A stretch of 21,258 nt of DNA from positions 1 to 21,258 of the IMG/VR virus record IMGVR_UViG_2778261303_000012. One strand, 5' to 3'. This stretch comes from a virus (Duplodnaviria; Heunggongvirae; Uroviricota; Caudoviricetes). This document shows positions 1-8,172 of the stretch, piece after piece. The notes beneath the pieces were generated by a model that searched no databases, was not told where the DNA came from, and saw nothing but the letters and a program-made list of their open reading frames with translations. The position numbers were made by a program, and so were the translations under genes. Position 1 is the first letter of the stretch, and each line of letters starts with the position of its first letter.

Positions 1-333
1 TCAATATGTTTTATCCATTACCACAGTAGTAATAGTACAGGCATCATTACTAATACCAATCTTAACACCATAACCTAAAAGATAGGCTTCATGTAATATC
101 TTATTAATATTATTATCACCAGATCGTGCCCAGTCAGAATTTCCACAATTACTTCCAATATCTATCAAACCATCAAACAAATAATAATATCTGTTATTAT
201 CAGAGTCCTGTGCCCAATCAGCCTTTATTGATTTAACGGTAACTACATTTGTATTAACATCAGCAGCAAACGCATAATCTGACATAGAACTAAAAATAAA
301 AAAAAGACCTACAACGCAATTAAACTTACTCAT
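1..333 (-). CDS. small secreted protein, function unknown
   Basis: 110-aa ORF. N-terminus MSKFNCVVGLFFIFSSMSDYAFA is a typical Sec signal peptide with an AxA cleavage site; mature part has two Cys. AT-rich like the neighbouring island genes. No family recognised. Confidence 0.5.
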   Translation of the reverse strand: MSKFNCVVGLFFIFSSMSDYAFAADVNTNVVTVKSIKADWAQDSDNNRYYYLFDGLIDIGSNCGNSDWARSGDNNINKILHEAYLLGYGVKIGISNDACTITTVVMDKTY

Positions 334-609
334 ACAGTAACCTCATTTTTAAAATATAAATTTAATAGTTGATATCTTATTTTATATAATTAACCACTCA
401 CCCCACATAAAACGCCACATTAACATGCCATCCTTTAAAATATTATTTCAACGTACTCTGATCATGTTAATCTCAAAATTAGCAGCATTCTTAGTATTAA
501 GTATAACGAATTTATCACTCCCACTTTTATATGATGTTGACAAAACCAGATGATCATCATAGCGAGCAAGAACATAGTACCAGACATTCTCATAGTGGAG
601 CATCTGATA

Positions 610-1167
610 TTAATTTTTAAACTGGGGCTTATACCAACCAGCAATAAGTGAAAATACCCTGAAATAGATCATAAATCCTGACATCATACACTCAATCAAG
701 TGATGACGAATAAAAGATACCTCAGAAAAACATTTGACTAAAATAAGTCTTCTTCCTGACCTGACAAAAAGCGTCATTATTAATGCAGTAATAACGCATA
801 AAACCAGTACATCTAGCGCAACATGCCGATGAATTACAGAAAACTCCAGAGCAGGAAAAAGCAAAAGCAGCAATATAGACAGAAAAAGTCTGATAAAACT
901 CAGATCCTGCACATTATTTCTTTGTTTGATCCACAAGAAGAAAACAACACCAGTTCCCCATCCAATCAGGAATATAACAATGACTGTAACAGCATAAAAA
1001 AGGCTTCTGGCCACATCATCTACGCCAGCCCCAACAACCCACCATGGGAAACCATAGTAAAAGGAAGTTCCCAAGCCATAGAAGTAAGCACTTCCCCACT
1101 CAAGACAGCCCATATAAGCAACAAAAAGTGAATAGTTTCTGAGCAGAGCACTGTCATTCATAGCCAA
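610..1167 (-). CDS. polytopic inner-membrane protein, function unknown (start codon uncertain)
   Basis: 185-aa ORF with several long hydrophobic segments (e.g. VTVIVIFLIGWGTGVVFFLWI, LFLSILLLLLFPALEF, LVLCVITALIMTLFV). Same strand and AT-rich composition as the 1..333 ORF. No family recognised. Confidence 0.45.
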   Translation of the reverse strand: MAMNDSALLRNYSLFVAYMGCLEWGSAYFYGLGTSFYYGFPWWVVGAGVDDVARSLFYAVTVIVIFLIGWGTGVVFFLWIKQRNNVQDLSFIRLFLSILLLLLFPALEFSVIHRHVALDVLVLCVITALIMTLFVRSGRRLILVKCFSEVSFIRHHLIECMMSGFMIYFRVFSLIAGWYKPQFKN

Positions 1168-1319
1168 TCCTCTAACAATTCAATAACATTTACTTGTTTT
1201 ACATAACAAATAAAATTCTATGTAGTCAAGAGACTTCATGCCAAGAGAAACTCATTGCACAATCGCCATCAAATTCAATGTTCTGTATCGTTTTCGAGCG
1301 TAAAAACCCGCCTATTGGC

Positions 1320-2624
1320 GCTGAGGGATCCCATAAATCAGCGCTAATAAACCAACACCATATTCTGGTAGGTTTTGGCGAGATGATTAAGAACTGTGCT
1401 CAGCACTGTTCGCCTTAAAATTAGCGGGGAGTGTCGTAAAACATTCTCCGCTAACGTCAGATACGAGATTACCCGCCGTGTTTTAATGCTGTTGGCCTGA
1501 TATCTCAGATGTAATCCTTTGTTTTCAGCATGATAGCCAATAAGCCACTGTACAATTGTACTCAGCGTCGCCAGTAGGTTCAGTACCAGCATTCTTCCCA
1601 CTGAACGACTGTAACTGTCACGCAGAGCGAACCCGAAGCGCTCGCTTTTTTCATCCCGGAAGTTCTGCTCGATTTGCATGCGACGGCTGTACAATTTCAT
1701 GATTTCCCGGGCTTTAAAGGCTACTGCTAAAGATAAGCCACGGTTCTTTTTCCGAAGAACGTCAATCATTATTTGGGATTTACGCTCTATGCGGCAACGT
1801 GAACGGCGATTCTTCCGGTCTTTCGGCTCTTTTTTATGTAAATAAAAATGGCCATCACACCGGGCATATTCCGAACGGGCAAGTGTACTCGTCCCCAGAT
1901 ATTCTGGTTTGCTTCTGGCCTGTAATTCCTGACGCCTGAACCAGTACTCACCTTTGCTGTCCAGCTGCATCTGGATATTTCCCCTGACACGACCGATAAA
2001 ATCCCATCCGAGTGACCTTATATGCCGGAACCATGCACTCTGGAAACCCGCATCGGTAACTATTATGACTCTGGCCACAGGGTTTACAGCCTCGGCAAGG
2101 GCATCCAGGAAGTTTTTTTGTATCTGCTAGTTCTGCTGTTTTTCTGACGGGACTATCCAGATTAACAGGGGAAGCGAGCGTCCATCGCAGAGCAGGCTGG
2201 CTCGGAGCACATGATGTTCCTGAGATGGATATCCACTCCAGTCAACGGCGATGACACAAAGAGATAGCTGGCTAGTCAGAATGGCAATAATATTTCTGAA
2301 AATCAGTGGGATATCGCGGTGAAGAGATTCATTACCGAGCAGTCGGTCAACGCGTTCGATTTTATTTCTGACCTGAGCCGGGCCAGGTAAATAACGCCCG
2401 ATGCTGGTCAGCGTCAGTGATGCGCCATTGATGAGAGCGATGGTGGCATCCAGCAAAGCATTTTGTCGGTATTTATGAAACGGTGCTAACGCATCGTGGA
2501 AAAAATTCTGACATACTTGTCGAGCAGACATAGAAGTGATCTCATTGATTGGTTGCACAAATCAGTAGATCACAAAACTCTATGACTGTCTTTTTTACCC
2601 GCCAATTACTGGGGATTCCTCAGC
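1320..2624 (-). mobile_element. IS4-family (IS10-like) insertion sequence, about 1.3 kb
   Basis: Imperfect terminal inverted repeats: left end CTGAGGGATCCCA at 1321, right end GGGGATTCCTCAG at 2611..2623 (reverse complement CTGAGGAATCCCC), resembling IS10 ends as recalled. A 10–11 bp direct repeat (c)gcctattggc flanks the element at 1309..1319 and 2624..2634, consistent with a target-site duplication. The internal ORFs align to IS10 transposase from memory (e.g. YS+RMQIE, DAGF, IDRLLGN motifs). Confidence 0.8.
1344..2558 (-). pseudogene. IS10-like transposase interrupted by a single in-frame TAG
   Basis: ORFs 2127..2558 (143 aa, N-terminal part) and 1344..2078 (244 aa, C-terminal part) are in the same frame. 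The only break is an amber codon (cta on plus strand at 2127..2129). The 16 codons between them translate to QIQKNFLDALAEAVNP, which continues the IS10 transposase alignment; total length about 403 codons, matching a ~402-aa IS10-type transposase. Confidence 0.8.
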
Positions 2625-2867
2625 GCCTATTGGCAGGTTTAAGCTGTGTGGCGAAGTGACCACTCTTAACACGATACAATAGTTTTTGCGTACGCGTTAG
2701 CATTTTTGATGGAAGTTAATGGTTGTTAATCTTATACTCAGTAAACAAAATTTATGCCGCCTTGAGCATGATGCGACATTAGGCACATGTTTGGATCTTC
2801 CTCGAAGATTCGTGCGGTAGCTATGCTCAAAATCCAATCAGCTCATAAAACATACTATGGGTTTTAA

Positions 2868-3617
2868 ATGCTCATTCCAACATCTCTATCAAAACAACCA
2901 GTAATCGAAGCTGCTTTCGAAATGCGTTTTTCTAAAGAAACACAAATATCGGAAATAGTTCCAGGGTTTCTTTTTCACGCTCTAGGTTGTACAAAACCAG
3001 TAATTAGTTTACCACCCAGTCAAATACCTAAAAATGTTCGTGAGGGAGATGAACAATTACATTACGCAGTTGTCAGTCGCCTCGAAATCGAAGGGTACTA
3101 TATTGGACTAAGTGACCATGGTGTTGTTGTATCCACCAGCACCAAATATCAAGGGTGGAGTCATTTTAGAGAAAAAATCATTCATGTATTAAATGAGCTT
3201 AACAAATTAAATTTAAATGACAACATCATCCGCTACTCATTAAAGTATGTAGATTTTTTCCCAAAAGAAGACGATTCTAATTTATTTGATAAGCTAAACG
3301 TCAGCTTAAATATGGCTGGCGAGTCTATGTCTAATTATCCGATCAATATCAGAATCGATAAAAATGAAGGCGCATTTCTAAATATAATTCAAATATTATC
3401 TCATGCTTTAGTCATGTCAGATAATGGAGAATTTAATAAAAAAGGACTAATCCTAGACATAGACAGTATTAGGCAAATCACTAATACTGATGAAATAGAT
3501 AAGTTTAAAAACGAACCCAAAAAAATTCTTGATGATCTTCACTCCTGTAATAAATTAGCTTTCTTTAGTTGCCTTAAAGAGTCAACAATTCAAGAACTAG
3601 AACCATCCTACAAATAG
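2868..3617 (+). CDS. hypothetical protein, cassette gene A (249 aa)
   Basis: Long ORF, first gene of a three-gene AT-rich operon. No catalytic motif recognised. An unverified recollection of TIGR04255-like proteins is too weak to use as a call. RBS is weak and an alternative downstream start is possible. Confidence 0.6.
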   Translation: MLIPTSLSKQPVIEAAFEMRFSKETQISEIVPGFLFHALGCTKPVISLPPSQIPKNVREGDEQLHYAVVSRLEIEGYYIGLSDHGVVVSTSTKYQGWSHFREKIIHVLNELNKLNLNDNIIRYSLKYVDFFPKEDDSNLFDKLNVSLNMAGESMSNYPINIRIDKNEGAFLNIIQILSHALVMSDNGEFNKKGLILDIDSIRQITNTDEIDKFKNEPKKILDDLHSCNKLAFFSCLKESTIQELEPSYK

Positions 3618-3632
3618 AAATGGTGGTATGAT

Positions 3633-3977
3633 ATGTATCCGTCTCATCATGTTTATCGAGCTCAACTTCAAGTATTAACTTTGGTTTTATATGGTCTGCA
3701 TATAACAGCATTAACAGACATTGCCCAAAATCAACAGCATGGTCCTCAACAAAGTTTAATCGTCAAAAATCACGCTTTGGAGTATAAGTCTTCAACTACC
3801 GATTCAGTTCATTCCATCACACAAACATATAAAGCAGGGAGCACAATCTCAGTTGATCAAAGACTTGCAGTCTCGATGACAAACTTTTATGAAAAATTAT
3901 CAACAAACCAGGTGTCTTTAGGCAGTGAAATAAATAAAGTCGTTCATGCTTCACTGTGGGATTTATACTTGGATTAA
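3633..3977 (+). CDS. hypothetical protein, cassette gene B (114 aa)
   Basis: ORF 15 nt after gene A stop, same strand and AT-rich composition; a GGTGG-like Shine-Dalgarno precedes the ATG. No family recognised. Confidence 0.5.
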   Translation: MYPSHHVYRAQLQVLTLVLYGLHITALTDIAQNQQHGPQQSLIVKNHALEYKSSTTDSVHSITQTYKAGSTISVDQRLAVSMTNFYEKLSTNQVSLGSEINKVVHASLWDLYLD

Positions 3978-3980
3978 GTG

Positions 3981-4595
3981 ATGAGTAATAACATTTTTGA
4001 TATCGAGAAATTCAAAGATCAAATTCCATATTATTTAACAGCTCCTCAAAAAGAAGGGCTAATAAATGCACTTAGAGATTTCCCTGAAAACACTAACTAC
4101 TACCTTACCAATTATCATGATGATCTGAAAAATGCTGCACTTCAGGGAGATATATTTAAGGAGCTTACAGTATATTCAATTAAAGGGACTAAAAAAACAC
4201 GAGGAATTATATTAAGCAACAGTTGCGATATAGATACAAGTAATAATCGTGATGTGCCAATGCGTGCAGTCTTTGCTCCGTTAGTAAGTTTATCTAAGTT
4301 CGAAGCTATTCTTCTCTCCAACGGAGTTTCTAAGACTTCAATAGATAGCAAAATTGATGCTATAAGGAAGCAGTTAATTACTAATATTTTTTATCTTCCT
4401 GAATCAGACAACTTAGAAGAATGCATCGTTTTTCTTGATGATGTATACCAATTACCAACGGAAGAATTACAAAAACTCTTGAATGATAAATGCAAAGCCA
4501 TAACTTTAAGTCAAGTTGGTTTCTACATTTTACTATTCAAAATATCTATTCACTTTTGTAGATTCCATGAAAACATACAACGATTCGATCATTAA
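3981..4595 (+). CDS. hypothetical protein, cassette gene C (204 aa)
   Basis: ATG at 3981 directly follows gene B stop (TAA 3975..3977; a GTG at 3978 is an alternative start), suggesting translational coupling. Followed immediately by a terminator hairpin. No family recognised. Confidence 0.55.
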   Translation: MSNNIFDIEKFKDQIPYYLTAPQKEGLINALRDFPENTNYYLTNYHDDLKNAALQGDIFKELTVYSIKGTKKTRGIILSNSCDIDTSNNRDVPMRAVFAPLVSLSKFEAILLSNGVSKTSIDSKIDAIRKQLITNIFYLPESDNLEECIVFLDDVYQLPTEELQKLLNDKCKAITLSQVGFYILLFKISIHFCRFHENIQRFDH

Positions 4596-4614
4596 GGCGG
4601 TACTACCGCCTTTT
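4596..4614 (+). terminator. rho-independent terminator after the cassette
   Basis: GGCGG-tacta-CCGCC hairpin followed by TTTTATTATTTT. Lies in the 25-nt gap between the convergent cassette gene C and the Q-like gene. Confidence 0.6.
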
Positions 4615-4620
4615 ATTATT

Positions 4621-4965
4621 TTACACAAGTATACTTACAACCCCCTCTATAAAACCGATTGCGGTTTGCAACTCCTTCCTAATAGTGCCATCAGAGCACC
4701 TTCTCTTTTTGGCAATAGTGCGTAATGAGATACCAATAACAAAGTGGGCTATGATGAGCTCATATTCCTCTGGTTTATACCTTCTCAACCGAGCCACACA
4801 ACTGTCTATCATAATGCCTTCGTCATCATCACACTGAATCCGTGACTTTTTGCCATGAGGTAAAAGCCCCTTGAAGCCTGCTGCTACCGGCTGCCAGTCC
4901 ACACCACTGTTGTCTGCTGCAGCCCATGCTCCCCAGCGGTCCAATACTTCATACATATCACGCAT
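4621..4965 (-). CDS. lambdoid antitermination protein Q-like (QuuD type)
   Basis: Start moved to ATG 4965 (ORF-track start at 4980 is TTG); GGAG RBS 8 nt upstream. N-terminus MRDMYEVLDRWGAWAA..GFKGLL....KSR.QCDDD matches my recollection of DLP12 QuuD (MRDIQMVLERWGAWAA...). Last gene of the minus-strand early operon. Confidence 0.7.
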   Translation of the reverse strand: MRDMYEVLDRWGAWAAADNSGVDWQPVAAGFKGLLPHGKKSRIQCDDDEGIMIDSCVARLRRYKPEEYELIIAHFVIGISLRTIAKKRRCSDGTIRKELQTAIGFIEGVVSILV

Positions 4966-4983
4966 CAACTTACTCCACAAAAA

Positions 4984-5979
4984 TCAGGCCAGCACGCCAA
5001 TTGCCAGCGCACGATCGATAAAACGAAATATCAGCTCCAGCTGGGAGCCATACCTCTCTTCAAATGCCACGGTATCCGCATGCAGCTCGTCGTGATGCTT
5101 TCTGCACAAAGGCAACACAAAAAGGTCATGCGCTTTTGTTCCCATTCCACCCTGACCGTAACCTATCAGGTGGTGGGGATCATCAGCGGGCTTTCCACAA
5201 CATGCACACGGCTGTGTCTTAACCCAGCGCGTGTACTTTTCATTAACCCAGCGGCGACGTTTTGGGCGTAACATAAAAGACTCCGGCGACTCCGGATCCA
5301 CTTTCAGCGCCAGCACCTTTTTCGCTTTATCCTGGATAATGCTGGTGGCAGGAACCGAAGGCACAAGGTCACTCTCCCGGGTGACAGACGGCACAACAGG
5401 CTTCGGTAATCTCAGTGCCTTACGGGCTGCACTTTCCGGTAAGGCATCCGCCAGGTCATTACGAATCAGCCACCAGCACAGTTCCGGCATTGTCACAACG
5501 TGACTATCATCAAAACCGAGATCCCGACGCACAACAGACAACACCCAGCGGGCACAGTTATCCGTTACCATTGATTCCAGCCGTTCCGTGAACTGATCGC
5601 GCAGCTGGTTATCGCAGTGCCAGCACAGACGGATTGCGCCCGGCGCGTGTCGCATTGTTGTCATGTTCTCGCTGTGCCAGTCGGAATGAGGCCACTGGCA
5701 GCCTTTTTCACGAAGTAACCAGCTTTCAAGACATTCCACGCCACCAGCACGACGGATCACTGCCTCATTGCGGAACACGGCCCGAACGGCAGGATCATCC
5801 GCCAGCGGTTGTGATGCCGCCGGAACGGCACCACTGGCGAAAGATGAATAACGTTCCGGCTCAGGCTCCAGCAGGACACGCCCCTGCATAAACAGGGGCA
5901 TCAGCTCTGAACCTGGCCTGAACAATACGATCCCCATACGCGGGGCAATTTCAGGGGTCAGTAGTGCTCTCACGGTCAC
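4984..5979 (-). CDS. DUF968 / YdfU-family prophage protein with C-terminal Cys/His (HNH-like) motif
   Basis: 331-aa ORF, GTG start with GAGG RBS. C-terminal CACCGKPADDPHH...PLCRKHHDELH cluster typical of YdfU-like proteins found next to Q in Qin/Rac-type prophages. Confidence 0.75.
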   Translation of the reverse strand: MTVRALLTPEIAPRMGIVLFRPGSELMPLFMQGRVLLEPEPERYSSFASGAVPAASQPLADDPAVRAVFRNEAVIRRAGGVECLESWLLREKGCQWPHSDWHSENMTTMRHAPGAIRLCWHCDNQLRDQFTERLESMVTDNCARWVLSVVRRDLGFDDSHVVTMPELCWWLIRNDLADALPESAARKALRLPKPVVPSVTRESDLVPSVPATSIIQDKAKKVLALKVDPESPESFMLRPKRRRWVNEKYTRWVKTQPCACCGKPADDPHHLIGYGQGGMGTKAHDLFVLPLCRKHHDELHADTVAFEERYGSQLELIFRFIDRALAIGVLA

Positions 5980-5980
5980 C

Positions 5981-6790
5981 TCAATGAACGGTATCGAGCA
6001 GCTTTAACAGCTCAGGGAATCGGGATTCGAAGAAATGCGGCTGCGTCTCGCGCGGATTTGCGGGACTGGTGATGTTCTTGCCGAACATGCAACCTTTCGA
6101 CGTCAGCGACCAGAATTTTTTGATGTTGTTAATCGCAGTGCGGCTGTATCGTTCACGTTGTTCAACGATCCCCAGCTTCGCCATCTGGTGATATGCCTGA
6201 TTAGCTGTCAGGCGGATACCATACTGCTTCAGCAGTGCACTCAGTGACAGCGTGGGGCGGCTTGAGCCATCAGGCGCGTCAGCAGGAGCATCAATGGCAT
6301 AGCGCGGTGCCAGATTCGGTAAGCCAACAGCATCCTGGAGTTTCTGACAGGCACCAAGCACTGAAGAGTTAGACAGGTTTAATTCCCGGCGCATAAAGTC
6401 CAGCAGAATCACACCAGCCTGCATCTTGTCAGCAGCCTGTCCGGATAATTTTTCCGGTGCGCTGGTTACCATGTCGAAAGTACGGATCACCTTCAGATGG
6501 AATGACGGGCTGATCCACATTGCATAGGCATACACCAGTTCCTTGCAGACATACGTTCCCCGTTCATTTCCCCCATGAATCACACTCACCGGGTCAACAC
6601 CCAAATTCTGGGTGTTGGTCAATTCATGAACAAGCTCAACAGTTTGTTGGCTGGAAAGAAACTTTCCCGGCTCCTTGGTTCTGGCATTTGCACCAGATGC
6701 TACTGCTGCGCGATGCAGATCGTTCAGGCTGTAACGCCCATAAGCATCACGACGAACTTCAATACCATCAATGACCATCAGATTATTCAT
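5981..6790 (-). CDS. KilA-N domain antirepressor-like protein
   Basis: Start placed at ATG 6790 (AGGAG RBS 9 nt upstream) rather than the GTG at 6823 that would overlap rusA. N-terminus MNNLMVIDGIEVRRDAYGRYSLNDL...GTYVCKELVYAYAMWISPSFHLKV is a KilA-N signature; C-terminal half resembles antirepressor C-domains. Confidence 0.8.
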   Translation of the reverse strand: MNNLMVIDGIEVRRDAYGRYSLNDLHRAAVASGANARTKEPGKFLSSQQTVELVHELTNTQNLGVDPVSVIHGGNERGTYVCKELVYAYAMWISPSFHLKVIRTFDMVTSAPEKLSGQAADKMQAGVILLDFMRRELNLSNSSVLGACQKLQDAVGLPNLAPRYAIDAPADAPDGSSRPTLSLSALLKQYGIRLTANQAYHQMAKLGIVEQRERYSRTAINNIKKFWSLTSKGCMFGKNITSPANPRETQPHFFESRFPELLKLLDTVH

Positions 6791-6809
6791 ACTTCGTTTC
6801 TCCTCTTGA

Positions 6810-7199
6810 TCAGGCGGCTGCACCCGCCGTTTTCTCGTACTTACTGATAGTGATCTCGACCTTCCCTTTCGGGATAACCGGTCCCCACTCCACCAGCATT
6901 CTTTTCACCTGACTGTCGTCTTCCCACACACCCGCGTGGGTCAGGGCGTCAAACAGCGCCTTGTTATAGTTGTCCAGATCGCGGATCCGGTTATCCGGAG
7001 GAAACAACACGATCTCCACTGAAGCAGGTGCCGACGTTGGTTTCGGCAGACGACGTAACTGCTCAACTATTGCTGCGCACGCCGCGCTCTGGAATTTTCG
7101 CCCCGCCGAGCTTATCAGGCTCTTACCAGCAAACGCCCCTTTGTTGGGGTGTCGCCAGTACGTGTTCACGCTGGGCGGAAAAGGCAGGATCAGCTTCAT
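6810..7199 (-). CDS. rusA: RusA-family Holliday junction resolvase
   Basis: 129 aa. LILPFPPSVNTYWRH...DLDNYNKALFDALTHAGVWEDDSQV matches the RusA signature (PPS.N.Y, DxDN, D-rich C-terminal half). ATGA overlap with the upstream gene. Confidence 0.85.
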   Translation of the reverse strand: MKLILPFPPSVNTYWRHPNKGAFAGKSLISSAGRKFQSAACAAIVEQLRRLPKPTSAPASVEIVLFPPDNRIRDLDNYNKALFDALTHAGVWEDDSQVKRMLVEWGPVIPKGKVEITISKYEKTAGAAA

Positions 7200-7522
7200 A
7201 CTTTCAGGTCCCTCTCATGTAACCAGTGGGTTGCACGCAGCCTTGCGTTTTCCTCACCGGCAAGCAGTGCGCGGATAATCCCGACCGCCTCGCTGTCGTC
7301 GTCCTTCACCGCGGTATGAAGCGTTATCCACCGGGCCACGCCACGCTTTATCGTGATGACGCCTTTTTTCTCCAGTGCGCGAAGATGCTCCACCGCTGCA
7401 TTCACTGAACGGTATCCCAGCATGGTTGCCACCTCCTGATTGGTTGGCGGGAAGCCACGTTCTTTCTGATAAGAAATCAGCATATCCAACACCTGCTGCT
7501 GGCATTGAGTTAACGTCGTCAT
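7196..7522 (-). CDS. LexA N-terminal DNA-binding-domain-only protein (winged HTH), no peptidase domain
   Basis: 108 aa. LTQCQQQVLDMLISYQKERGFPPTNQEVATMLGYRSVNAAVEHLRALEKKGVITIKRG closely follows the LexA DNA-binding domain pattern; the ORF ends before any S24 domain. ATGA overlaps at both ends. Confidence 0.6.
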   Translation of the reverse strand: MTTLTQCQQQVLDMLISYQKERGFPPTNQEVATMLGYRSVNAAVEHLRALEKKGVITIKRGVARWITLHTAVKDDDSEAVGIIRALLAGEENARLRATHWLHERDLKV

Positions 7523-8172
7523 GCCGCCATCTCCCTGACCAGTTTTTCCGCCTGCTGGCGAACCTGCGCCAGAAACGCCTCACCACATGCCTCAAGTTCA
7601 TCGCGCCCGATGTAGCTGATTGCCGGTCCCTTCCAGGTCTTGTCAAAAACAGCAATAGCACCAGCGAAAAAAGCTCCTGTCGGCACCTGCTTCTCGTCCT
7701 TCGGGATAAACCAGGCAGGCAGTTCAAAACCAATACGCCCGCGAATAAAAGCAATATGGTCCGCATCTTCCGGCCACCACACTTCGCTGGTGGCAGCTTT
7801 GATCAGGAAAACATAGCGCCCGCCCTTATCACGCATGGCACTGGCATGTTTCATGATGTAACGCATGCCGGTGATGTATTGCCCCTCATGCTGACTGGCG
7901 CGGCTGTATGGAGGATTACCAAAGGCAGCACCTTTAAGCTCCGCAAGACGTTCTGACCAGTCATGCGCCAGCGCGTTGTCTTCCGCCGTGTAATACGCGG
8001 CACATTTGGCGTTATCACCGTCAGTGAACAGATCCAGAACAAACGGACCAAACAGGGTGTTAATTCCCCAGAAAATGTTGTCCGGCGTGCGCCACTGATC
8101 GCCCACTTCCTTCAGTTCATGGGCTGGTTTGTTCCGCAGTTCCACCAGCGCCTGGCAATATTTATTACTCAT
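7519..8172 (-). CDS. phage Dam-type DNA N6-adenine methyltransferase
   Basis: 217 aa with FGNPPYSR (NPPY catalytic motif IV) and overall resemblance to phage Dam-family (PF05869-like) enzymes. ATGA overlap with upstream gene. Confidence 0.8.
   Translation of the reverse strand: MSNKYCQALVELRNKPAHELKEVGDQWRTPDNIFWGINTLFGPFVLDLFTDGDNAKCAAYYTAEDNALAHDWSERLAELKGAAFGNPPYSRASQHEGQYITGMRYIMKHASAMRDKGGRYVFLIKAATSEVWWPEDADHIAFIRGRIGFELPAWFIPKDEKQVPTGAFFAGAIAVFDKTWKGPAISYIGRDELEACGEAFLAQVRQQAEKLVREMAA

Noticed and set aside
1-333. Possible AB5-toxin B-subunit identity of the secreted protein
   Set aside because: Similarity to Shiga-toxin-like B subunits is confined to a short C-terminal stretch, the cysteine spacing differs, and no A-subunit gene is adjacent; left as an unassigned secreted protein.
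823-1131. 102-aa plus-strand ORF antisense to the membrane-protein gene
   Set aside because: Lys/Gln/Ser-rich low-complexity translation fully embedded in the opposite-strand gene with no RBS; typical shadow ORF of an AT-rich membrane gene.
2624-2867. Defined sigma-70 promoter for the cassette (TTGATG … TATACT near 2706..2740)
   Set aside because: Spacing between the candidate -35 and -10 hexamers is not canonical (about 21 nt) and several AT-rich alternatives exist; promoter position cannot be fixed from sequence alone.
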